NCBI GenBank assembly: GCA_036496665.1
Contig: DASXKR010000039.1
Location: 15 to 64,014, forward strand
Source of the DNA: Rudaea sp.
GTDB taxonomy: Bacteria; Pseudomonadota; Gammaproteobacteria; Xanthomonadales; Rhodanobacteraceae
Reading direction: 5' to 3'
Length of the DNA: 64,000 bases
The notes under the pieces are model-generated. The model saw only the letters and a list, made by a program, of their open reading frames with translations, was not told the origin of the DNA and did not search any database. The stretch's first letter is position 1. Each line of letters starts with the position of its first letter. Of the stretch, positions 52,359-62,719 are shown one piece after another. Made by a program: the position numbers and the translations under genes.

Positions 52359-53960
52359 ATGAGTACTGGCCCGACAGCGCCGGCAAACCCACGCTACGCG
52401 TTCGTCTTCGTCTGTCAGGCTGGCGAAATCGAGGTCAAGGCCCTGCTGCTTGCCGCCTCGCTGAAAAACACGCTGCGCTGCCAGTACGAACTGATCGCCG
52501 CGGTGCCGTCGCCGGCCAGCATCTGGGGCGAACTGTCGCCGGACACGCGCCAGCAGCTGGACGCCTTCGGCGTGCGCATCGTGCCGATCGAGAATCCGAT
52601 CGATCCGGACTACCGGATCGGCAACAAGCTGGCGTGCATCGACGTGCCGACGCGCGCCGGGAAGATCGTCTTTCTCGATAGCGACATCCTGTGCCTGCGC
52701 GATTTCGGCGATCCGGCCAGCCTGCGCGTGCCGTTCGCCGCGAAGCCGGCCGACCTGCGCACCTTCGCCGCCGCCGCGGAAGCCTGGGTACCGCTCTATG
52801 CGGCCGCAGGCGTGGCGCTGCCGCGATTGCACCTGCCAACCACGGTGTCCGGCGAGTTCGGTTTGCCCTATTTCAACAGTGGCGTGATCTTCGTCGATGC
52901 CGGACTCGAGTTCGGACGTCACTGGATCGATTGCGCGAACACGATTCGCGTGACGCCCGAAATGCGCGAGCAACGCCACTGGCTCGACCAGATCTCACTG
53001 CCGATCGCGGCGCACCGGCTCGGCCTTGCCTACAGTGCGCTCGACGAGCGCTACAACTTTCCGGCGCACCTCGAGCCGCTGCCGGATCCGGTTCCGTTCT
53101 TCTGCCATTACCACTGGCCACGCATCGTGCGCCACGAACCGGTGCTGCTCGGTGCCGTGCGCGCTTTGGCCGCAGCACATCCGGCGATCGCGCGTGTCAT
53201 GGCACGCGAACCGGAATGGGCCGATGTGCTCGATCGGGCGTTGCCGATGCCGACCGTGCAGCCGGCACGTCAAGTTGTTGTCGCCGATTCGGCGACGTCG
53301 CAGATTCTCATCACCGGCATCCCCGACAGCGGCGCGAAGGAACTGCTGCAGGCGCTCGAACGCAGCGGCTGCAGGACGATCGACGAGCCGGCCGGACTGG
53401 CGGCCGCACTGGCTTCCGGCCACGTCACGCCGCACCCGGAGGCGCCTGACGCCGGGATGGTCGCGCTGCGCTGCGAGCTGGCGTTCCTGTCGCCGCCTGG
53501 CGCAATCAGGCATGTGCTCCCGCACGCGCGCGCCGTCGCCTGCGTGCGCGATCCATTCCGCGCTATTGCCGCGTGGAAGACGCGCCCGCACGCGGCAATG
53601 ACTGCGTCGATTGCGTCGACAATGGAATCGGTGCGTCCATGGCTGAACGCCGATCCTTTTGCGCAGCTCGCCCGCATTGCAGGTCTCGAGGACGCCGCCG
53701 AACAGCGGGCGACGTGGTGGTGGTGGCTGGCGCAGCGCCTGCTCGAGCGGATCGATGAACTGACCATCGTTCGCTTTGGCGAGGAGTCAGCGGCGAGCGC
53801 AGAGCAGGCTCGCGCATTGGTCGCTGGAACGCATGCGCTGCCGACAAGCGAGGTGCCCGTACCAGCGACACGCGCCAGCGTGCTGGATGAGTGTGATCGT
53901 CAGGCGATTCGGGCGATCTGCATGCAGGCCGCAGCGGACCTGGGTGTTGCGGACTGCTGA
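52359..53960 (+). CDS. GT8-like glycosyltransferase fused to a degenerate sulfotransferase-like domain
   Basis: FLDSDIL (DxD), YFNSGV, WLDQISL; C-terminal ITGIPDSG, VRDP. Confidence 0.7.
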   Translation: MSTGPTAPANPRYAFVFVCQAGEIEVKALLLAASLKNTLRCQYELIAAVPSPASIWGELSPDTRQQLDAFGVRIVPIENPIDPDYRIGNKLACIDVPTRAGKIVFLDSDILCLRDFGDPASLRVPFAAKPADLRTFAAAAEAWVPLYAAAGVALPRLHLPTTVSGEFGLPYFNSGVIFVDAGLEFGRHWIDCANTIRVTPEMREQRHWLDQISLPIAAHRLGLAYSALDERYNFPAHLEPLPDPVPFFCHYHWPRIVRHEPVLLGAVRALAAAHPAIARVMAREPEWADVLDRALPMPTVQPARQVVVADSATSQILITGIPDSGAKELLQALERSGCRTIDEPAGLAAALASGHVTPHPEAPDAGMVALRCELAFLSPPGAIRHVLPHARAVACVRDPFRAIAAWKTRPHAAMTASIASTMESVRPWLNADPFAQLARIAGLEDAAEQRATWWWWLAQRLLERIDELTIVRFGEESAASAEQARALVAGTHALPTSEVPVPATRASVLDECDRQAIRAICMQAAADLGVADC

Positions 53961-53987
53961 GGCAACGCGAGAATTACTTCAGCACGA

Positions 53988-54377
53988 TTACTTCATTACG
54001 CCCGGCAACAGCGATTGCCAGCGCAATGCAGCGCGGGACTTGTGCGCCGGCGCGGAGCCGCTGCCGGCGCCTTTATCATCATCCACCGCTGCCGGTGCGT
54101 GTGCGTCAACCGCCACATCGTCGGCGCCGACGTGCACGGCACGGCGCACTGCAGTTGTGGTCGCCGGGACGGGCGCCGCGCGTGCCACCGGAGTCGCATC
54201 GGGCTCGCTCATGACGGCTGTCGGACCGGCATCGGCACTCGTCGAGCGCGCCGCGTGGTCGTCAGCGACTGCCGCAAGCCCGTTGGCGGCGCGCGGCATG
54301 AAGTCGCCTGCACACGCAGCCGAGCAACCCGCCGCAAACAGCAATGCGACGGCGAGGATGGCTTGAGACCTGAGCAT
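53988..54377 (-). CDS. Small secreted hypothetical protein
   Basis: GGAGG RBS; signal peptide; ends RWQSLLPGVMK; divergent from birA. Confidence 0.7.
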   Translation of the reverse strand: MLRSQAILAVALLFAAGCSAACAGDFMPRAANGLAAVADDHAARSTSADAGPTAVMSEPDATPVARAAPVPATTTAVRRAVHVGADDVAVDAHAPAAVDDDKGAGSGSAPAHKSRAALRWQSLLPGVMK

Positions 54378-54671
54378 GACGACCTCCGATTGGGGGCATT
54401 GCCGTACAGCGCGATCGGCTCTGCATGATCGCACGTCCCGATCCGCACGGACCAGTGACTAATGGGCTATGAGCAGCAATCGTGCCATCGGTTCGGCCCG
54501 TGTCGGATCAATCACTTGGATGTTGCGCCGCCTATCCGGCTGTCCGCTTGCGGACAGCCGCGGACACTCGTCGATCCGGAACCGCCCTGCTCGGGAAATC
54601 GGCCACGCAATTCGTGCAACGGCAGGCGCCCGATCGTCTACCATGCTCCTGATGAATCGCCTCCCGGCTGC

Positions 54672-55646
54672 ATGAATCCACGCATCCTGCTCGATCAGCT
54701 TTGCGCCGATTCGACCGTCTCGGGCAGCACGCTCGCCGCGCGCCTCGGCGTGACGCGCGCCGCGATCTGGAAGCAGGTCGAGGCGTTGCGCGACGCCGGT
54801 GCGCCGATCGAGGCCGCCGCCGGACGCGGCTATCGCCTGAGTTGGCCGATCGAATGGCTCGACGCCACATCCATCGCGGCGGAACTCGACCCCGCACAGC
54901 ACCGTCGCGTCGGCGACATTGCCGTGCACTGGCAGGTCGACTCGACCAGCAGCAAGCTGTTGCGCCGCGCCGCTCTCGACAGCGGCGACCTGCTCGCGTG
55001 CTGTGCCGAAAGCCAGAGTGCCGGACGCGGCCGCCGCGGCCGCCAGTGGCGCTCGCCGCTTGGCGGCAACCTGTACTTTTCCTTGCTCAAGCGCTTCGAC
55101 CACGGCATGGGTGCGTCGAGCGGGCTCAGTCTGGCTGTCGGCATCGCGGTCGTCGACGCGCTGGCCGACTGCGGCGTGAGCGGCGTGGGGCTGAAGTGGC
55201 CAAACGACGTGCTCGCGCGCGGACGCAAGCTCGCCGGCGTGCTGATCGAACTCGGCGGCGAATTCCTCGGCCCGTGCCACGCCGTGATCGGCATCGGCAT
55301 CAACCTGCGTCTGCCGGCGCCGGTTGCCGCAGCGATCGACCAGCCGGCGATCGACATCGCCACGCTGACCGGTGCCGAACCGCCGTCGCGCAATCGCCTG
55401 GCCGGGCGCCTGCTGGCGCGGCTGGTCGAAACGCTCGACCGCTTCGGCAGTGCCGGCTTTGCCGTGTTCCGCGACGAGTACGCGCGGCACGACCTGCTGG
55501 CCGGCCAGCTGATCCGCGTGCATGACGCCGGCGGCGCGCTCGACGGCACCGGCGCGGGCGTCGACGAGCGCGGCGCGCTGCGTGTGCGCCATGCCGGCGG
55601 CGTGCGCCTCTGCGACAGCGCCGACGTTTCGGTGCGGGCACGATGA
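54672..55646 (+). CDS. birA: Biotin ligase / biotin operon repressor
   Basis: HTH GVTRAAIWK, QSAGRGRRGRQW, KWPND, KLAGVLIE. Confidence 0.95.
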   Translation: MNPRILLDQLCADSTVSGSTLAARLGVTRAAIWKQVEALRDAGAPIEAAAGRGYRLSWPIEWLDATSIAAELDPAQHRRVGDIAVHWQVDSTSSKLLRRAALDSGDLLACCAESQSAGRGRRGRQWRSPLGGNLYFSLLKRFDHGMGASSGLSLAVGIAVVDALADCGVSGVGLKWPNDVLARGRKLAGVLIELGGEFLGPCHAVIGIGINLRLPAPVAAAIDQPAIDIATLTGAEPPSRNRLAGRLLARLVETLDRFGSAGFAVFRDEYARHDLLAGQLIRVHDAGGALDGTGAGVDERGALRVRHAGGVRLCDSADVSVRAR

Positions 55647-56386
55647 AACTGCTGATCGACCTGGGCAACACACGCCTGAAATGCGCCTTGTGGGATGGCA
55701 CGACGTTGCGCACACTGGGCGCGGCCACGCATGCCGGTCCGATGGACAATGTGGATTTTGCTGCATTGTGGAGCGAGGCCGGCGCCGTGTCGGCGATCCT
55801 GATCGCATCGGTTGCCGGTGCTGCGCTCGGGCTGCGGCTGGCGCGGGATCTGCGCCGGCGCTTCGGCCTCGAACCGGTGTTCGTTGCCAGCACCGCGCAG
55901 GCCTGCGGTGTGCGCAACGCCTATGCGCAGCCGGAGCGCCTCGGCGTCGACCGCTTCCTCGGCTTGATCGCCGTGCACGCCGACGCGGCCGGGGCGGTCG
56001 TGCTGGCAAGTTGCGGCACCGCGCTGACGCTCGATGCGATCGATGCCGACGGCGGCCATCGCGGCGGCCTGATCAGCGCCAGCCCGGCGTTGATGATCGA
56101 TGCACTGACCGGCAACACCGCGCGCCTGCAGCGACCGCGGGCTGCACGCATCGTCGAGCTTGCCGTCGACACCGCCGACGCGATCGAATCGGGCACCTGG
56201 CTCGGCGCGGCCGCGCTGATCGAGCGCTTCGTCGAGCGGGCCGCCGCGCTGATCGGCAGCCGGCCGGCAGTCGTGCTCGGCGGCGGCGGCGCACGACGCC
56301 TGGGCGGGCTGATTGCGCCGGCGCATCGCGTCGATGAGGAAGTCGTCCTGCGCGGCCTGGCGATCTACGCCGATTCCGTGACCTGA
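55643..56386 (+). CDS. coaX: Type III pantothenate kinase
   Basis: DLGNTRLK, LGVDR, GTALTLD. Confidence 0.93.
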   Translation: MKLLIDLGNTRLKCALWDGTTLRTLGAATHAGPMDNVDFAALWSEAGAVSAILIASVAGAALGLRLARDLRRRFGLEPVFVASTAQACGVRNAYAQPERLGVDRFLGLIAVHADAAGAVVLASCGTALTLDAIDADGGHRGGLISASPALMIDALTGNTARLQRPRAARIVELAVDTADAIESGTWLGAAALIERFVERAAALIGSRPAVVLGGGGARRLGGLIAPAHRVDEEVVLRGLAIYADSVT

Positions 56387-56462
56387 GCACGGCGTGGCTG
56401 CGATGCCCGCCTGCTAGAATTCGATCCTCAAGCGGCGGCTGTTCCGCCAGCGCATCGCTGCC

Positions 56463-57128
56463 ATGTTCGCTCGCATGTTGTTCCTGTTGCTGATCGCGCT
56501 GAATATCGGCGTCGGCTGCTGGCTGTATTTCGCACCGGAGAGCGCGGCCACGCTATTGCCGTCGACCGATGCAGGCGTGCCGAAGCTGATCCTGCTGAGT
56601 GAGCAGGAGCCGGCGACCGAGTCGAATGCCGCCGAACTCGCCACAGCGCCCGAGTCGACCGCCGATCTGCACAACGACCGCTGCAGCAGCATCGGCCCGT
56701 TTGCCACGCAGGCCGACATGCGCGGCGCGATCAACGCGCTGACACCGCTCGTCTCGCGCATCCAGTACCGCGAAGCGCAGGCCACCGAAACGCGCGGCTA
56801 CTGGGTCTACCTGCCGGCACTGTCCAGCCGCGAGCAGGCACTCGCAATCGCGCGCCAGCTTTCCGCCAAGGGCGTGCGCGACTATTATGTCGTCACAGCC
56901 GGCGACCAGCAGAACACGATCTCGCTCGGCCTGTTTCGCGACCGCGGCAATGCCGACAAGCGGCGCAACGAAGTCGCTGCGCTCGGCTTCAATCCCGACC
57001 TGGTCACGCGCACCGAGGAACTGCCGGTGTACTGGGTCGATTTCGCCACCGACCCGCAGCGCCCTCTCGACTGGCGCACGCGCGTCGCCCAGCGTGATCT
57101 GCGCGAGGAAGCGGTCACCTGCTTCTGA
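56463..57128 (+). CDS. SPOR domain protein
   Basis: N-terminal TM; YWVYLP, NTISLGLFRD; follows coaX. Confidence 0.85.
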   Translation: MFARMLFLLLIALNIGVGCWLYFAPESAATLLPSTDAGVPKLILLSEQEPATESNAAELATAPESTADLHNDRCSSIGPFATQADMRGAINALTPLVSRIQYREAQATETRGYWVYLPALSSREQALAIARQLSAKGVRDYYVVTAGDQQNTISLGLFRDRGNADKRRNEVAALGFNPDLVTRTEELPVYWVDFATDPQRPLDWRTRVAQRDLREEAVTCF

Positions 57129-57207
57129 CCCGGCCCGGGCTCACCAGTGCCGGCGACGGCAGCAGCCGTCGCCGGATTGTGAGAAAATCGTTTTTACCTA
57201 CCCCAAT

Positions 57208-57280
57208 GCCGGCATAGCTCAGTTGGTAGAGCAACTGATTTGTAATCAGTAGGTCGCGGGTTCGACTCCTGCTGCCGGCA
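57208..57280 (+). tRNA. tRNA-Thr (TGT)
   Basis: Full cloverleaf GCCGGCA...TGCCGGC-A, anticodon loop TTTGTAA, TTCGA loop; followed by TCA, not CCA. Confidence 0.97.
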
Positions 57281-57500
57281 TCAATTGGGTCAGGCAGTTA
57301 CCCCGTGCGAGGAGAATTTTCGGCCGGTCGCGGGGACACTCTAGGGTCAACTTGGCTCAACAAACGGCAATACTACGTAGACGAAACTCCTCGGGAGAGT
57401 CCGCAACCGGCCCAATCCGGACCGTCGCGGGCGACAGCTATTGGATAAGCCCGTCGTTCTCTTAACTTTCCGCTTCACTGCCTGGTCGTTGCACAAGTAG

Positions 57501-58055
57501 CTAATAGACATCAAAACCCTGCAGGGTGACCGGCGTGGCAGGTGTAACGTCAAGCGTTGCAGTCGCCGTGTTGCCGGTGCCGCCTTCGGTCGAGGTGATC
57601 TGCACGGAGTTGTTCTTAGTCCCCGCCGTGGTGCCGGTCACATTCGTCACCGTGAAAAAGCACGAGCCGCTCGCCGCGAACGTCCCGCCGGAAATGCTCA
57701 CAGCACCAGCGCCCGACGTTGCCGTGATCGTCCCCTGCGACGACCCGGCTGTACAGTTCCCCGACAGGCCACTCGGGATGGAAACGACCAGACCAGCGCG
57801 CAAGGTGTCGGTAAAGGCAACGCCAGTCAGAGGGGCGGCGGCATTCGGATTGGTGATCGTGAACATCAGTGAGGTGCTGCCGTTGAGCGGTATCGACGCC
57901 GCGCCGAACACTTTCGTGATAGTCGGCGGGGAGATGGTTTGTGCCGCCAAGGGCAACGGCGCCAGCATGGCGCCGAGGGCAAGCAGCAGGGCCAACATTA
58001 AGTGTGGCGCGCGCGAGATGGCGGACGGGCGGACGCAAGACGCTAACTGTTTCAA
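57501..58055 (-). CDS. Small secreted DUF11-like Ig-domain protein ending TPVTLQGFDVY
   Basis: GAGG + TTG start (ATG 57998 is an alternative); signal peptide; PPTITKVF..FTITNPN..FTDTL. Confidence 0.7.
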   Translation of the reverse strand: MKQLASCVRPSAISRAPHLMLALLLALGAMLAPLPLAAQTISPPTITKVFGAASIPLNGSTSLMFTITNPNAAAPLTGVAFTDTLRAGLVVSIPSGLSGNCTAGSSQGTITATSGAGAVSISGGTFAASGSCFFTVTNVTGTTAGTKNNSVQITSTEGGTGNTATATLDVTPATPVTLQGFDVY

Positions 58056-58846
58056 GACGATGACCTCGCCGACGCCAGAGCAACTTGGCTGTTTGTGATG
58101 TTCAAGCGTTGCTGAGGCACACCGACGACCGGAGCCAACTGCGCAATGTCCTGCGCCAAGGCCCATATAGAACGCACCCGCGCGCAGCACATTGCGGCGC
58201 CGCAGTTCGGCGGACCGGCTACGCTTCACGCTCAGACGCACTCCCCTGTGCCGGAGGCAATCCGGTCGACGCCGAGTGTCAGTGATTACGCCAAGGTGCA
58301 CAAGCGCGGGTTGCGCCGGCTGACAAATGGCCCGTTACCGCAATTTAATGTCCGCTTCCAGGCAGTGTGTTGCATCCACCGGTTGAATCCGCAACCCCTT
58401 GCGGCCACCTACCAGCGTCAGCTTTTGAGCCGCCATGGGATGCCTAAAAGCCAACAACAAGCATGTGGATCTTGCAGCCAAGGTGCCGGACTTTCTTCAT
58501 TGGCCCGCTGGGTTTTTTCCACGACGATTTTTGGCAACAGTCGAGGTCCCCTTGGTGAAAGGGGCAGATTGTTGGCACCCATTCTCGGAGTGGCTGGGAA
58601 CAATGATCTGCCGAATTGGCGCTTCGAGGCCCCGAATCTCCTCAGGCCGCTCACGACGATAGACAGGCCGATAAACTGTCGATCTACGAACGGAACGTGG
58701 CGGGCCGTGCTGACGGTATGGGCGGGCGCAGGCTGCGTTTTGAACGTTCCAATCGCCGTTTGGCAAGAGCTGCCGTTTGGCGATCTCCCCGCGAAGGATT
58801 CGTTTTTCCGGAAGCTGCTAACGCGTCGTTACTCGGTGGAGGAGAG

Positions 58847-59719
58847 CTACGTGTGCATCCGTCGAAATATCGCGGGCGAGTACCCCATCTGACGGCGGAA
58901 AGCCGCCGCGAGATGGCTTGGGCTGCTGAACCCTACCTGCTGAGCGATCCGCTGGATGGTAAGTGTCCGTTGACTAAGGAGCAGGTCACGCGCGACAGAC
59001 AGTCGTTTTTCCAACACGTAGGTATGTGGCGGCACACCTAGGCTCTGGCGAAATGCGCGCTCAAAGTGGCGTACGCTTACTCGTGCCAACGCGGCGAGTT
59101 CGTGCAAAGCGATCGGCTTCGCGAGATTCTCCTCTATGTAATCCACGACAACTTTGATGCGATGCGCCGGCAATCCGCCAAAAGGTCGCGGGGACGGCCT
59201 CGACAATGACGAATACATCTGGATCATATGGTGCGCCAAGAATTCGCATGCGCTCTCTGCGTAGAGTGTTCCGGACGGAGAGCCTTCTTGAGCCTCGACC
59301 GCGAGCCGAGTCACGACGGCTTCGATCACTGGATCACGCACGAGGAATTGCGGAATGATCTCGACGCGCCGTGGATCCGCCTCCCAATGCTCCGCGATTA
59401 CACGCGACAAAAAGACGTCGGGTACGATCAACACAATGGCGTGAGAAGGTCCGTCCGCCTCCCACGTCGCGTAAGCATTGGCGCCAGTGATATTGATGGT
59501 ACCCGGATCGGTCCATCCCTCCACCGAGCGACCGCCCAGTTTTCGGCGAATACGATGTCTACCCGACGTATACAAACCCAGCACGGGTTCGGCAAATGCC
59601 GCCGATGCTTGCAGCGGTGTCGCATCGATCACATGCAAAGGAAACGGCGCCGCTAACGTCTTCGGCGGAGCAGGCAGAAAATCCGGAAATCGGGAAGCCG
59701 CGACTGATCGCTGATCCAT
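58847..59719 (-). CDS. AraC family transcriptional regulator
   Basis: HFERAFRQSLGVPPH, VGFSSPSHL. Confidence 0.92.
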   Translation of the reverse strand: MDQRSVAASRFPDFLPAPPKTLAAPFPLHVIDATPLQASAAFAEPVLGLYTSGRHRIRRKLGGRSVEGWTDPGTINITGANAYATWEADGPSHAIVLIVPDVFLSRVIAEHWEADPRRVEIIPQFLVRDPVIEAVVTRLAVEAQEGSPSGTLYAESACEFLAHHMIQMYSSLSRPSPRPFGGLPAHRIKVVVDYIEENLAKPIALHELAALARVSVRHFERAFRQSLGVPPHTYVLEKRLSVARDLLLSQRTLTIQRIAQQVGFSSPSHLAAAFRRQMGYSPAIFRRMHT

Positions 59720-59900
59720 GGGTTTGCAGAATTCCTGGCATTACCTCGGACGGCGTTGTGGTTTCCACGCTATCACAATTACGACATACCTATCACATAT
59801 CGCGCAAGAAAATCAGCGGTGCCTTGTCGCACCGTGCGCTCAAGCTGCGAGGTGAGCGGAAAATACGGGGACGGCGCCGTTTCAACAGTAGGTGATCCCA

Positions 59901-60770
59901 ATGTCATCCCCATCCACGAGTGCAAACAGGCACGCGGCTATCACCGGTGCCGGCAGCGGCCTCGGCAGAGATATCGCATTGGGCCTTGCCAACAAAGGCT
60001 ACGTCGTCTTCGGCACGGGGTTCTCCGCCTCCGAAGTCCAGGATCTGAAGGACGCTTCCGGCGGGCGCGTGAACTTGACGGTCTGCGACATTACTGAGGA
60101 AGAGTCCGTGCAGGCTTGGGCCGACGAGGTGTGCAATGCGGCCGGCAACCTTGGCCTTGATCTGCTGATCAGCAATGCAGGCATCCTCACCCCAGGACCG
60201 CTCGAGGCCTTGCCGCTGGACGCCATCCGGCGCGAGTTCAATGTCAACGTTTTCGGCGCCCTGAGTGTGATCAATGCATTTCTGCCCGCGCTGAGAAAAG
60301 CACGCGGGCGCATCGTTCAGGTGAGCACGTGGACAGCCACTGTGCCACTTCCGTTCAACGGGCCGTCGGGTGCATCCAAAGCCGCTATGGAGGTCCTTGC
60401 GACAGTCTATCGGGCCGAGCTCAAGCCATTCGGGATTGATGTTGTAATCGCTGCGGCAGGCAACATGAAAACGGGTGGTCCGGCAAAAACGGCCGCAGCG
60501 CTCGCGCGAGTTGCCGAATCGATGACGTCGGAGCAAAGCGAGCTGTACGGTCCCACGTTTGCCTCGTTCACCAGCGCTCTCAACAGCATGCAGAACAGCG
60601 GTCTCGATTCCGCATCGGCCGCTAAACGGGTAATTGAACTAGCGGAGGAGATGCCTGCACCATCGCGAGCACCCGTGGGCGCGGACGCGGAACATATGCT
60701 CCGACTTGCCCACGAAAAATCAGACGCTGAGATCGATGCTCTGCGCCTTCAACTCGCTGGCCTTGGCTAA
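59901..60770 (+). CDS. SDR oxidoreductase
   Basis: TGAGSGLG, SNAG; PSGASK where YxxxK is expected. Confidence 0.88.
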   Translation: MSSPSTSANRHAAITGAGSGLGRDIALGLANKGYVVFGTGFSASEVQDLKDASGGRVNLTVCDITEEESVQAWADEVCNAAGNLGLDLLISNAGILTPGPLEALPLDAIRREFNVNVFGALSVINAFLPALRKARGRIVQVSTWTATVPLPFNGPSGASKAAMEVLATVYRAELKPFGIDVVIAAAGNMKTGGPAKTAAALARVAESMTSEQSELYGPTFASFTSALNSMQNSGLDSASAAKRVIELAEEMPAPSRAPVGADAEHMLRLAHEKSDAEIDALRLQLAGLG

Positions 60771-60811
60771 CGCCAATTCACATAGCCACTCGCTTACGAC
60801 AGGAGTCCATC

Positions 60812-61270
60812 ATGATCGAGACATTTGATCCGCATGACGATCGCGCCGTTCGCAACAAGGACCATATCCTCGGCTTCTATGATCTGATGATCAACAAGAA
60901 AAAGTCGGAAGAAGCCGCAGCCAAGTTCATCAGCCCTTCGTATGTTCAGCACAACCCATTGATCCCGGACGGTCCGAGCGCACTTTCGCAATTCTTCGGG
61001 CAGATCGGCAAAGAGCGCGCACGAGCCAGAGTTGTCGTCCACCACATCATCGCCGTCGGTGACTACGTGTGGTCGCACGTGAACTTTCTGAATCTGTTCA
61101 ACGATGATCCGCAAGATACGGGAATTGCCGGTGTCGACATCTACAAAATGGATGCCGGCGGCAAAGCAATCGAACATTGGGACACTTTGCAGGTCGTCGG
61201 CGATCCGAAGAACTCGGCCCCGTGGCTAATGCCAAATGTTCCTGCTGCAAATTCAAATGGAATGTTCTAA
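60812..61270 (+). CDS. SnoaL/NTF2-like protein
   Basis: AGGAG RBS; YVQHNP, VDIY, IEHWD. Confidence 0.87.
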   Translation: MIETFDPHDDRAVRNKDHILGFYDLMINKKKSEEAAAKFISPSYVQHNPLIPDGPSALSQFFGQIGKERARARVVVHHIIAVGDYVWSHVNFLNLFNDDPQDTGIAGVDIYKMDAGGKAIEHWDTLQVVGDPKNSAPWLMPNVPAANSNGMF

Positions 61271-61446
61271 CGAATGCCCGTATTGAGATGCCTGATCTCA
61301 CGAGACAGGCCGATGCAAGACACGTTGGCGCAAGAGCTGTCGGTTGTCGCAGCGCAGATCATCGAAGCTGCACGCAGAGCCCGCGATGGCGACCGCGAAG
61401 CGACAAGAGCGCACGTTATGCAAACAAAACTGAAAGGAGAATGCCA

Positions 61447-62088
61447 ATGTCTGCCAAGACTGGACTCGACGCGCTGCTTACGCCGGACCGCAGCGTGCTT
61501 CTGCTCATCGATCACCAGGCGTTTCAATTCGCCAATCTGCACAGTCACGATCCGACGCTGATCGTCAACAACGTAACGGGGCTCGCGAAGGCGGCGAAGG
61601 CATTTGAGATCCCTACGATACTGACCACCGTCACCGAGGACCGAGGTGGGTACCTCCTCAAGAGCATCCAGGATGTCTTCCCCACGCAGAAGCCGATCAA
61701 TCGAACCTCCCTCAATTCATGGGAAGACCAGCGTGTCGTCGAGGCAGTGAAGAAGACCGGCCGGAAGCAGCTCGTCGTTGCAGCGCTGTGGACGGAAATC
61801 TGCCTCGCGATGCCGGTGATCCAGAGCCTGGCCGATGGCTATGACGTCTTCATAGTCACCGATGCATCCGGCGGCGTAACGCGAGAGGCGCACGACATGG
61901 CAGTTCTGCGGATGATGCAGGCCGGGGCCGTGCCGATTACCTGGGTTGCGGTCATGAGCGAGTGGCAGCGCGACTGGGCACGCGAAGCGACGGTCCCTGC
62001 CATCGCCGAGATCACTATTGCTCACGGCGGCGCCTCGGGTGTCGCTTTCGCGTGGGAGCAGCAATTGCTCAACTCCGGTAAGAAATAA
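61447..62088 (+). CDS. Isochorismatase-family hydrolase (YcaC-like)
   Basis: AAGGAG RBS; LIDHQ, RTSLNSWED, WTEIC, DASGG. Confidence 0.9.
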   Translation: MSAKTGLDALLTPDRSVLLLIDHQAFQFANLHSHDPTLIVNNVTGLAKAAKAFEIPTILTTVTEDRGGYLLKSIQDVFPTQKPINRTSLNSWEDQRVVEAVKKTGRKQLVVAALWTEICLAMPVIQSLADGYDVFIVTDASGGVTREAHDMAVLRMMQAGAVPITWVAVMSEWQRDWAREATVPAIAEITIAHGGASGVAFAWEQQLLNSGKK

Positions 62089-62459
62089 TCGCGTACCTGC
62101 ATGCGAACGGCTGCTGACGCGGTCGACCAGATCGTCGCGCCGGAGGCGGCGAGTTTATTAGCACTGACGTTGCACCGAGCCGCCATACCCTCGCGTACTG
62201 GCGGCCTTGTCATGCGGTGAACTCGTCGAGGCGACGCAGACATGACTACCAGCGTAGGTGACTACCAGTTCGCGCCGGAGGAGCGACCGACATTTCCGGG
62301 ATCGCCGGCGATCCCCACACATCCGCTGGTCTTCGCTGTGGCACTGGTGTGGCAGCGTAAACCGGACCATTCGGGGAGTAGTAAGCGAATGGTCGACGTG
62401 GTCAAATTCAATTTGCGTTCGTTACCGCAACATGAGCGTCCGTACATGGACGCTCCCAC

Positions 62460-62719
62460 TTTGCCAAGCTTTCGATTCATGATGGGTCGAAGGATAGATT
62501 GCACCCGTACATCCGGACTCTTTATGCGGCTGTGCCGTGGTCACCTGATGGGTTTGGCTGGTTGGCTCCCTATCGCTTTCTCGCACTCAAGGTGCTGCGG
62601 ACGCTCTGGGTTTGGCCAACCCCGGTCTAACCTGTCTTGCCATCACGAGCAGATCGCTTGAGCAATCGGTGGTGTGATCTCCTTGGTAATCGTGTCGGTT
62701 GTCGAGTCCTCGTCCTCGC
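62460..62719 (-). ncRNA. Putative seekRNA/bridge-RNA-encoding region of the IS1111 element
   Basis: ~260-nt non-coding region between transposase stop and right repeat, the known location in IS1111 elements; RNA ends unknown. Confidence 0.55.

Noticed and set aside
58400-58700. Short ORFs in the low-GC spacer
   Set aside because: No recognisable motif or convincing start
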